DNA of 64,000 bases from the NCBI GenBank assembly GCA_965216785.1, contig OZ244197.1:1952001-2016000 (forward strand), given 5' to 3'. Made by a program: the position numbers and the translations under genes. Under the pieces are notes generated by a model. It was not told where the DNA came from, ran no database searches, and saw only the letters and a list, made by a program, of their open reading frames with translations. Origin of the DNA: Thermodesulfobacteriota bacterium (GTDB lineage Bacteria > Desulfobacterota_D > UBA1144 > Nemesobacterales > UBA2774). Shown piece by piece: positions 51,847 to 60,067 of this stretch (positions are counted from its first letter, which is position 1; every line of letters starts with the position of its first letter).

Positions 51847-52302
51847 GTGGCGCTAAGATACACGATAAAAGATAACTACTTTCAGGACGCGCTGAGGCTG
51901 ATGCGCATTTCAAAAAGCTTCAGAGATAAAGAGGGCGTGAAAAAGGCCGTAACCGTAATGGCTACCGACAAGGCGAAGTTCGCGCTCAAGGACGCGGGGC
52001 TGATTAATGATGAGATAAGTAAAGCAAAAGGGAGCGACCTGGTGCTGGCGGTCGAGGCTGATAACGAGCAGATCGCTTGTCAGGTGTTAAAAGAGATGGA
52101 ACAGACCGTGTCTGCCGGGGAGTCCGTCGGCGCGGGCGGGGGAGAAGACGTCCTGAATCAGGAGCTTCGGGTGATTAACGTCGGGCTCGATATATTCAAG
52201 GACGCGCTGGCAAGTCAGGGAGTAAAAACAGTGCAGGTGGATTGGGAAGTCCCAGCTAAGGGCGATGAGAAGATAATAGGCATACTCAAAAAAATGTACT
52301 GA
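51847..52302 (+). CDS. small FdrA-domain protein (FdrA N-terminal domain fused to the FdrA-C/YahG-N motif)
   Basis: YFQDALRLM..VMAT..LKDAGL..DLVLAV parallels the N-terminus of 43054; VINVGL..F...L..QGV..VQVDWEVPAKG. Confidence 0.78.
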   Translation: MALRYTIKDNYFQDALRLMRISKSFRDKEGVKKAVTVMATDKAKFALKDAGLINDEISKAKGSDLVLAVEADNEQIACQVLKEMEQTVSAGESVGAGGGEDVLNQELRVINVGLDIFKDALASQGVKTVQVDWEVPAKGDEKIIGILKKMY

Positions 52303-52335
52303 GGATTATTATGAGATTAAGCGAGGGGATTTAGA

Positions 52336-52902
52336 GTGAGCATACGAAACCCACAAGAATTAAAAGAAGTTTTATCAGACCCCGCGAGGCTTGCCAGGGC
52401 GTTCTCGAGACATACGTATGGAATGAATGCCTGGGTGGATTTGTTCACCGAGAAGCTAAAGAGCGTTACTGATTCGGACATAAGAAGGGTAATGGAGCAA
52501 GTGGTTGCCGATAACAAAAAGCACTCACAGCTATTCTCGACCCGTGCAAGAGAGCTTGGAGAGACTCCCGAAACATATAAACCCCCTGAGATAGGGCAGA
52601 GGATATACGACATACTGGAGACTTATGACAGCGTGTTTGACGATTTCGCCTATGCCTGGGGATCGTTGATACACTTCTCATCTCTGCTCAGCTTATATCA
52701 CAGTGTCGCGGACCCGGAGAGTAAAGCGGTAATAGAGCAGGTAGAGGACGACGTCATAAGACACCTTAGTTATCTGGAGGATTACTTCTCGGCAAACGCC
52801 GACACGCCTGAGAAAAAAGAGCGCGCCCGGGAAATAGTGGAAGTTGCCGATAACATTTACGCAGATAGAGAAGAAGAGGAGATAAAATGGTATGCCTCGT
52901 AG
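52336..52902 (+). CDS. ferritin-like four-helix protein
   Basis: ADNKKH..LF..RARELGE.P and DPESKAVIEQVEDDVIRH; repeated helix pair. Confidence 0.6.
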   Translation: MSIRNPQELKEVLSDPARLARAFSRHTYGMNAWVDLFTEKLKSVTDSDIRRVMEQVVADNKKHSQLFSTRARELGETPETYKPPEIGQRIYDILETYDSVFDDFAYAWGSLIHFSSLLSLYHSVADPESKAVIEQVEDDVIRHLSYLEDYFSANADTPEKKERAREIVEVADNIYADREEEEIKWYAS

Positions 52903-53740
52903 GGATATCCCCGGCTTTGAGGAGCTGCGGAAGTCTATATCCGCATACAACCCGAGATACTATTATTTTAAGCTTGTATCACTATTTTTAAGGACAGTCG
53001 GCAGCATGTCGGAAGGAATTAGGCTAGGGTTCGAGCACGGTTTTGATTCAGGAACTATTATGAATTACATATATGAAAACACCCCTAAGGGAAGGGGATT
53101 TATCGGGAAGAAAATAGACGAATCGTTTCTTGATCAGACTACCTGCAAGGCGTTTAGGTCTATAAGGGAAATACAGCGGGGAATGATAACTGAATTCCTT
53201 GAGGGACGAGAGGGGAAAAAGACATTTATAGCGGATCTCGCCTCGGGTAAAGCGGATTATCTGTACGATGTGCTGGCTGAAAAAGATTATGACATACAGG
53301 TGCTTTTGCGGGATATAAATGAGAAGACGCTCGAAGAGAGCAGAGCGATTGCCGAGCGGCTCGGGATAGGGGATAAAATTACCTATGAGCTTGGGGACGC
53401 GCTAAACACGGAGAGCCTAGCCACCATAAGCCCGGCGCCCGACCTTGTAGTCGAGGTCGGCCTTTACGGCATCATTCACGACGACGAGCTTATAAAAAAA
53501 CATTTTCACGATTTAATAAACATACTGCGCCCAGGGGCGCTTTTATTTAACGTTCAGACCTATAACGAGCAGATTGAGCTTATAGCCAGAGCGCTCGTGA
53601 ACCAGGACGGCGGACCCTGCGTGTGGCACCTGCGCCCTGTCGAAGAGGTGATAGGCTGGGCCGAAGAAGCGGGTTTTAAGGAGCCCGAAATAACTATGGA
53701 CCCCTACGGTATCTACGCAGTGGTAATGATGAGAAGCTAA
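52892..53740 (+). CDS. class I SAM methyltransferase resembling the YnbC C-terminal domain (Methyltransf_20)
   Basis: SEGIRLGFEHGFDSG..MNYIYEN.P.G, ADLASG, GDAL, GLY. Confidence 0.8.
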   Translation: MPRRDIPGFEELRKSISAYNPRYYYFKLVSLFLRTVGSMSEGIRLGFEHGFDSGTIMNYIYENTPKGRGFIGKKIDESFLDQTTCKAFRSIREIQRGMITEFLEGREGKKTFIADLASGKADYLYDVLAEKDYDIQVLLRDINEKTLEESRAIAERLGIGDKITYELGDALNTESLATISPAPDLVVEVGLYGIIHDDELIKKHFHDLINILRPGALLFNVQTYNEQIELIARALVNQDGGPCVWHLRPVEEVIGWAEEAGFKEPEITMDPYGIYAVVMMRS

Positions 53741-55128
53741 TGAAAAAAGAAAGATTCGTACTTGGATGGCAGGGCGGCGTAAAAGGCCCCGATAATATAT
53801 GCAAGGTGCTCTCGGACAGAGTGCGCACGGTCATGGAGAGCCCGCACGGGATGTGGAACTACATGACGTACCGTGACGCGATAAACATCCTCGGGCTTGA
53901 TCCATTGAATATTTATAAAGAGGGGAGGATTGACCTGGACCCCAAAGAGTGGGCGGACTTTGGCTGGATGACCTGCTACGCGGGCCCTCCTGAGAGGGCG
54001 GTCGAAGCCATGCGGAGAAGCACTAACGATGAGAACGTGAATCCCTACTCCCCTGATCTAATAAACCCCTTGAGGGACGCCTGCGCCGAGCTCAAATTCG
54101 GACGTAAAAGAGGAAGCGGTTTTGAAGTCATAGGGGCCGAGGGCAGCCAGGCCGGGATATCCTATACGCTCCAGACAGTGCTTAACCCGGGTGAAGAGGT
54201 GATTATTACAGACCCCGGGTATTTCCATTTCGAGTCTTCCATACTTATGGCCGGGGGAAGGGTCGTAAGGGTGCCGCTCGATCAAGAGTACGGCTTCAGG
54301 CTCGACCCCGACAAGCTGGAGAAATATATAACTTCCAAGACAAAGGTAATAATTGTTTGCGACCCGCTTAACCCGTTCGGCACCGTACAGACTAAGGAAG
54401 AGCTTCTTAGAATTATCGAGATGGCGGCTGAAAAAGACATAATTGTCATAAACGACATTACGCACGACACTCAGAGAGTGGACCCCGAATCCCGCCATTT
54501 TCCGATGAGCGCCCTGCACGGCGAGACGAATACCGATAACGTTGTCGCAACGTTCAGTCTATCGCACGGTTACGGCATGGCAGGCGTGAGAATCGGTTTT
54601 CTGGGTGGGCACCCGGAATTAATTAGGGCATGTCTTATCGCGAAAACTTCCCTTACGAGGCTGAACACAAACCTGATCGCTCAGTACGGCGCTCTGGCCG
54701 CGCTCGAGGACACGGAGTATGTAGAAAAATCACAGGACATAATTCGGCGTAACTACTCGCTTATAAAAGAAATTGTGAATGAGAACGAGGGTATTCAGAT
54801 CCCGGTCGAGCCTAAATACGGCTTCTCGATGATAATTGACGTCTCGGGGGCCGGAGTGTCGGCGCAGGAGCTGACAGTAGCGCTATTTAAATACAATATC
54901 GCCGTCTACCCGGGGGACGGGCTCGGTAGCGTGGGGGCGACAAAGTTCATCCGCCTCAATATTTCAAGGCCAGACCTGTGGGCGTTTGATCACATGAGGG
55001 AGAATCTTCCCAGGGCAATATCCGACGCGAAGAGCGGCGTATATAGAGAAGGCGTACTTAATTTCTTCTCTCAAAGAGACACGAAGCGCGCGCGGATGAT
55101 AGTGGAGGAGATAAAGGGAATATCATGA
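53740..55128 (+). CDS. class I/II aminotransferase-fold PLP enzyme with His at the Schiff-base Lys position
   Basis: DPGY, DPLNPFG, NDITH, FSLSHGYGMAGVRIG, FIRLN. Confidence 0.85.
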   Translation: MKKERFVLGWQGGVKGPDNICKVLSDRVRTVMESPHGMWNYMTYRDAINILGLDPLNIYKEGRIDLDPKEWADFGWMTCYAGPPERAVEAMRRSTNDENVNPYSPDLINPLRDACAELKFGRKRGSGFEVIGAEGSQAGISYTLQTVLNPGEEVIITDPGYFHFESSILMAGGRVVRVPLDQEYGFRLDPDKLEKYITSKTKVIIVCDPLNPFGTVQTKEELLRIIEMAAEKDIIVINDITHDTQRVDPESRHFPMSALHGETNTDNVVATFSLSHGYGMAGVRIGFLGGHPELIRACLIAKTSLTRLNTNLIAQYGALAALEDTEYVEKSQDIIRRNYSLIKEIVNENEGIQIPVEPKYGFSMIIDVSGAGVSAQELTVALFKYNIAVYPGDGLGSVGATKFIRLNISRPDLWAFDHMRENLPRAISDAKSGVYREGVLNFFSQRDTKRARMIVEEIKGIS

Positions 55129-56069
55129 AAGTCTCAGAGGATTTATTGGAGCTGGTAGGAAATACTCCGCTTGTCGGGCTCGGCAAGCTCGGAGCGGAAT
55201 TAAGCGGCGATCTATACGCCAAGCTCGAATACACGAACCCTACGGGGAGCGTGAAGGACAGGGTATCCCGCTACATAATTGACGACGCCGAGCAAAAGGG
55301 GCTGCTTGAGCCCGGGGGCACGATTGTTGAGGCTACCTCTGGAAATATGGGCGTCGCGTTCGCACTGATCGGAGCCATACGCGGCTACAAATGCATATTT
55401 ACACTGCCCGAGTCCATCACGAAAGAGAAGATTCAAGCCCTTAAGCTTTATGGCGCCCAGGTGGTGCTTACGCCCAAGGGGCTCCCGCCCTCGGACGAGA
55501 GGAGCTGCTATAAAGTCGCCCATAAGATAGCGCGTGAGAAGGGGGCGTTCTACGTAAACCAGTACTTTAACCCTCTTAACCCACAAGCGCACTATGAATC
55601 TACCGGCCCTGAAATATGGAGCGATACGGACGGCGAGGTGGATACGGTAATATGCGGCATCGGCACAGGCGGGACGATTAGCGGGGTCGGGAAGTACTTG
55701 AAAGAAAAAAGAGCGGATATAAAAATCGTCGGGATTGAGCCCGTGGGCTCGGTTTTCAGTAATTACCTTAAAGATGGGGTTTTGGCAGAGGCCTCTGATT
55801 TTGACATAGAGGGTATTGGAAAGAATTTTATCCCGGGGGCGCTTTCATTCGATAACATAGATGAAGTAATACAGGTCGAGGAGGATGAGGCTCTAGGTTC
55901 TGTAGAAGCGCTTTTGAAAAACGAGGGTATCCTGGCAGGACCATCAAGCGGGGCCGCTCTTGCCGGGGCGCTGAAATACACGAAAAACCTTAACAGGAAA
56001 GAGAAAATTGTCATCATTTTCCCGGACACGGGACTCAAGTATCTGTCCAAATACACAGGGCTCGGTTAA
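55125..56069 (+). CDS. cysteine synthase/cystathionine beta-synthase family PLP enzyme
   Basis: VGNTPLV, NPTGSVKDR, EATSGN, NQY.NP.N, GIGTGGT, IEGIG, GPSSGA. Confidence 0.9.
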   Translation: MKVSEDLLELVGNTPLVGLGKLGAELSGDLYAKLEYTNPTGSVKDRVSRYIIDDAEQKGLLEPGGTIVEATSGNMGVAFALIGAIRGYKCIFTLPESITKEKIQALKLYGAQVVLTPKGLPPSDERSCYKVAHKIAREKGAFYVNQYFNPLNPQAHYESTGPEIWSDTDGEVDTVICGIGTGGTISGVGKYLKEKRADIKIVGIEPVGSVFSNYLKDGVLAEASDFDIEGIGKNFIPGALSFDNIDEVIQVEEDEALGSVEALLKNEGILAGPSSGAALAGALKYTKNLNRKEKIVIIFPDTGLKYLSKYTGLG

Positions 56070-56101
56070 AGATTGTATAATCTATATACTCCGGCAGTCC
56101 T

Positions 56102-57319
56102 ATGAATAGAATCACTTCTGAAACCGCAAACGAACTAACGTTAAAATACGGCTCCCCGCTATTTGTTTTCTCAGCCGAAGCCATAAAGAACAATCTGGCT
56201 ATCTTCAGAGACGAGTTCGTAAAACGATACGATAACACAGCGCTCGCCTACTCTTACAAGGTCAATTATCTGCGCGGGGTACTGGATGTAATCCACAAGG
56301 AAGGCGCCTGGGCCGAAGTTGCTTCGGGTTTTGAATACGGTTTAGCTGGGGATGGCGGTGTACCCGGCGAGAAGATCGTATTTAACGGACCTCTCAAGAA
56401 GGATGACGAGCTTCGCCGCGCTATAGAGGACAGGGCATATATAAACGTAGACCATTTCGATGAGCTCCGCGCGCTAGAGCGGATTGCGGCGGAGCTGCAA
56501 AGACCTGTTGACATAGGCATAAGGATTAATACCGACGTCGGGATCGAGCAGCTCCCCGACCGCTTTGGCTTTAACCTTGAATCCGGTGAGGCAGAGCGGG
56601 CAGTGCGCGTATGTGCTGAGAATAAATTTCTGAATATTACAGGTCTTCACATTCACCTTACGAGCTACATCCTAGAATCGCGGAGTGAAGAAGACATACC
56701 GGCGAGGGGAATTAAGCTCATATGGCCCAAAGGGCCGGAGGCGTACTTGAACGCTTCGAAAAAGACAGTGAACTTTGCCAGGACGCTGAGAGAAGAGTAC
56801 GGGGTGGAGATAAAATATCTGGATATGGGGGGCGGGTTCCCGACAGTGGATTCCCTGGGCCCTTATGCGGAGGCTGTCACATCCCCTATACGCGATGAGT
56901 TTGGAGATGCCGAACCCCCACTATTGATACTTGAACCGGGAAGGGCAATCGTGAGCAGCGCCGCCCAATTGATTGCGACTGTAGTTGCGACAAAAGAGCT
57001 TCCGGGAGGGCACAGCGCTGTAGTCACGGACGCGGGTATTAACATTCTTCCCACTTCACTGTTTAAATATCAGGATATAGAGTGCATGACTGAACCCAAA
57101 GGCGAGCTTAGAGAAACTATCGTCTACGGTCCGCTGTGTCTTCAGAATGATATTATCGCTAGGGTAAAACTGCCGGAGCTTAGGGCGGGGGATAAGCTCC
57201 TGGTGAAAAACGTAGGGTCTTACAATATCCCTCAGTCAAGCTCGTTTATATTCGAGCAGCCTGCGGTGATCGTGAAAGAGGGTGGTGCGATGAAAATAAT
57301 CCGTGAACGGGGTGTGTGA
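56102..57319 (+). CDS. diaminopimelate/ornithine decarboxylase family (fold III PLP) protein
   Basis: YSYKVN, EVASGFE, FNGPLK, DMGGGF, EPGR, GPLC, GSY; the divergent DRFG and HIHLTSY motifs argue against housekeeping LysA. Confidence 0.85.
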   Translation: MNRITSETANELTLKYGSPLFVFSAEAIKNNLAIFRDEFVKRYDNTALAYSYKVNYLRGVLDVIHKEGAWAEVASGFEYGLAGDGGVPGEKIVFNGPLKKDDELRRAIEDRAYINVDHFDELRALERIAAELQRPVDIGIRINTDVGIEQLPDRFGFNLESGEAERAVRVCAENKFLNITGLHIHLTSYILESRSEEDIPARGIKLIWPKGPEAYLNASKKTVNFARTLREEYGVEIKYLDMGGGFPTVDSLGPYAEAVTSPIRDEFGDAEPPLLILEPGRAIVSSAAQLIATVVATKELPGGHSAVVTDAGINILPTSLFKYQDIECMTEPKGELRETIVYGPLCLQNDIIARVKLPELRAGDKLLVKNVGSYNIPQSSSFIFEQPAVIVKEGGAMKIIRERGV

Positions 57320-57336
57320 GACCCCGGGGTGCGTTA

Positions 57337-58704
57337 CTAAAATACAAGCCTGAACCTTATTCCGTAGATAGCTATGACATCCACGCCCGGCGCGTCTGAT
57401 GGGTTTATTATCAACTGTAAGTCGGGTGTGATCTGTGTGCTCTTAAATACCTGGAGACGTAGAAATGATTCTATCACATACTGCGAGCGGAGGTCTTTAT
57501 CCTCCGGCTCTCCCCAAGAGGCTGCGAGGCCGAGGAGATTTTTTTTAAGTCCCGTTCTAAAGGGATCTAATAATCCAACACCACCCGAAACTATCTGCTT
57601 CACGTTAGTCACCCTGCCGTTTGAGAACGAGTATCTGAGGAAGAGATTATATTCTTCCTTAAAAAGCTGCTGGAATGTGAGCGCTAACCCGTTGCCCGAA
57701 GGGGCGTTGCCGCTTTTGCTGCCGTCGCTGTGCCAGAGCGCAATATGGTAATTACCGCTGCCGTGGCCGTTTATTGTCGGGAGAATGCCGATCTCCACCC
57801 CTGAGAAGAACTCCTGCTCGTCAAAGAAAGTATCGAAATCAAAGGTGTCGGAATCCCCGTTTGCATCGCCAATGCTGCCCAGGACATAGAATAAATCATT
57901 TGGCTGATAGAGCGCCGCAGCGCCGAGGCCGTTGCCCGGGAACGGTATGGTCGGGTTATCTGAAAAAGCCGAATTTATAAAAAAGAGTTTACTGCTGCTG
58001 AAATTAAACGAATCTATATAGTCAGACTGGTCTAGCTTCCCCAACCGTATAATGAGCCTGTTGTCCAGTATATGCTGCTCGAGCCAGAGCTGGGATACGA
58101 AAAACGGATTCTCGGAGTAAAAAGCGGCAGTGCTCCATAAAGACCCTATATTGCCGGCTAAATCGTTTGGAGGTATCTCCGTGAACAGCCTGTGTTTCGA
58201 TGTGGATCTGAACCCTAAATAGGCTGCATAACTTTTTCTATCGGGCAGTACTTGCCAGAGCCCGTTGAAGTCCCATATCCCGCCTGCCGCATGGTTTCTT
58301 TGCTCGCCCTGTGTGGCGTTGCTCGATACCTGGTATAGCGCTGTGTAGGCAAGTGAAAACTCCATGCGCAATTTCTCTTTCAGCTTTTTATTAAGCGTTC
58401 TCCACGGCTTAAGGACAAAATTAAAGGGGTCAAACTCAAATATGCTCTCCTTTAATTCTCCGGCTTCCAGTAGCTGCTTTTCAATGCTGTCGGGTGCCCT
58501 GTCGATCTCAGGAAGAGGGGCCTTGAGCGGTTTGTACTCGCTGGCGGATTCTTCGGTGCTGTCTTGCTCATTTTTAGGCTTGTCTAAGGTTGTTTCAGGA
58601 TTGAATAGATCAGCAGCGCTCTCAGCCCGGGAGTGGCTTAAAAATATGAAGCTTGAAATTGATAGTATCAAAAGAAAGCTATAACTGGCTCTTAATATGA
58701 ACAT
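57337..58704 (-). CDS. OprB-like carbohydrate porin
   Basis: Signal peptide; QLWLEQ, RLGKLD, FINSAF, ESFLRLQ..ITPDLQLIINP, terminal RFRLVF. Confidence 0.82.
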   Translation of the reverse strand: MFILRASYSFLLILSISSFIFLSHSRAESAADLFNPETTLDKPKNEQDSTEESASEYKPLKAPLPEIDRAPDSIEKQLLEAGELKESIFEFDPFNFVLKPWRTLNKKLKEKLRMEFSLAYTALYQVSSNATQGEQRNHAAGGIWDFNGLWQVLPDRKSYAAYLGFRSTSKHRLFTEIPPNDLAGNIGSLWSTAAFYSENPFFVSQLWLEQHILDNRLIIRLGKLDQSDYIDSFNFSSSKLFFINSAFSDNPTIPFPGNGLGAAALYQPNDLFYVLGSIGDANGDSDTFDFDTFFDEQEFFSGVEIGILPTINGHGSGNYHIALWHSDGSKSGNAPSGNGLALTFQQLFKEEYNLFLRYSFSNGRVTNVKQIVSGGVGLLDPFRTGLKKNLLGLAASWGEPEDKDLRSQYVIESFLRLQVFKSTQITPDLQLIINPSDAPGVDVIAIYGIRFRLVF

Positions 58705-58884
58705 AACTTAGTTTTAGGGTCGAATATAAACCTAATAAAGGTAAAACAATTATAATCCAGTGTAAAATGTAGCCGTCTAAGATTGTAGGCGGATTCACGC
58801 ATGAAGCTAAAATACAAAAATATCCGAGGCTGTACGATATCTGTAAATTTTCAGGTATCATAACTACCTCTAAATTTTCAAGAA

Positions 58885-58961
58885 GGGCTGTTAGCTCAGC
58901 TAGGTAGAGCAGGTGACTCTTAATCATCGGGCCGGGGGTTCGATTCCCTCACAGCCCACCA
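58885..58961 (+). tRNA. tRNA-Lys (anticodon CTT)
   Basis: GGGCTGT/ACAGCCC acceptor stem, GGTGA-CTCTTAA-TCATC anticodon arm, GTTCGA T-loop, encoded CCA. Confidence 0.96.
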
Positions 58962-58965
58962 CTTT

Positions 58966-59050
<85 letters not shown>

Positions 59051-59312
59051 TGTACCTAACGTCTTTACTTTTAAAGGCAGGTCACTTAAATCTGTGCGGA
59101 ATGCTTTTGTTAACTCATGCAGACGTGCTGGTATAAAAAACCTGAGATTCCATGACCTTAGGCATACTTTTGCAACTCGGTTAGTTCTTTCAGGAGTTGA
59201 CTTGGCGAGCGTTTCTAAGCTTCTAGGACACTCAACAATTCAAATGACTATGCGATATAGTCACCCGACTCCAGAGGCTCTTAAAAAGGCTGTATCGAAG
59301 TTGGATGGTTAA
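59051..59312 (+). pseudogene. tyrosine recombinase C-terminal fragment, int(C)
   Basis: RFHDLRHTFATRL..GVDL..VSKLLGHS..MTMRYSH (HxxR, H, Y intact); no N-terminal part; frame continues upstream into tRNA-Leu. Confidence 0.9.
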
Positions 59313-59461
59313 GATAATTTAAACCGTGTTAGCTGAAAAAGTAGCACTGAATTGCAAAACAGAAAATTCGAGTAAATAGGTTGTCTGATTAACTTGTGGG
59401 GGCAGGGTTAGCATGAGAAGCAGAGAGTTTAAAGTGCTCCCATGGGATCAATAGTCCTAAT

Positions 59462-59535
59462 TTCGCTACTGGGTTAATCCTTTCTGGAGTGGATTTAGCG
59501 ACCGTTTCGAAGATCAACTATACAAATGACTATGC
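59462..59535 (+). pseudogene. second, decayed integrase C-terminal relic
   Basis: FATGLILSGVDLATVSK, then a frameshifting deletion, then STIQMTM; collinear with 59169-59252. Confidence 0.75.
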
Positions 59536-59645
59536 TGAGCACTTCGTGGGGGCAGGCTTTTTATCTTAAGAATGGATTATGCGACTATCTTAGACTAGAG
59601 TGATAATGAGCTAACTGCCTGTAATTACACAACATCCGAATTTAT

Positions 59646-59674
59646 TTGACAAACTTGTAATTATGTGGTATACT
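59646..59674 (+). promoter_or_regulatory. strong sigma70 promoter of the replication operon
   Basis: TTGACA-17-TATACT with extended -10 TG. Confidence 0.75.
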
Positions 59675-59738
59675 TTTTAATTATAGAACGCATTAGCGTT
59701 AATAAGTGCATCGCAAAAGATGCCACCGTTCTTGAGAT

Positions 59739-59828
59739 AAAGGCTGGAACGGGCTAAAGAATAAAAGGAATAAGTTAGTGCTGTAATACGGAGAATTCCT
59801 ATTCTTTTGTCTGTTCCGGCCTTTTTTT
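59739..59828 (+). terminator. long leader hairpin with U-tract (attenuator-like)
   Basis: aaaggctggaacgggc.aaagaata..aggaat pairs with attcct-attcttt.gtctgttccggccttt, followed by a T-run. Confidence 0.6.
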
Positions 59829-59857
59829 ATTCCAAATACAATTTTAGAGGAGTAAAT

Positions 59858-60067
59858 ATGGATACAATGAAAAAGTTAATCACTTTGAATGAGATTGCTG
59901 AAATTTATTCTTTATCTCTACCAACACTAAAAAGGTGGGCGAGTGAAAGAAGATTTCCGCTTTACCGAATTTCGAATCGCATAAGAGTTTCGGAGTCTGA
60001 ATTTAGGGAGTGGATCGAGGATTTTAAAATAAACAATAAGAGATTGGAGGATAAAAATGATAAGTAA
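59858..60067 (+). CDS. helix-turn-helix excisionase/AlpA-like protein
   Basis: GAGGAG RBS; LITLNEIAE.YSLS..TLKRW....FP.YRI..RIR....EFREWI. Confidence 0.82.
   Translation: MDTMKKLITLNEIAEIYSLSLPTLKRWASERRFPLYRISNRIRVSESEFREWIEDFKINNKRLEDKNDK

Noticed and set aside
56102-57319. Assignment as lysA (and 55125..56069 as cysK)
   Set aside because: Divergent motifs in the decarboxylase and the specialised cluster context do not support housekeeping symbols.
59690-59760. c-di-GMP riboswitch (GCAAAA loop)
   Set aside because: The remaining GEMM consensus elements are not present.
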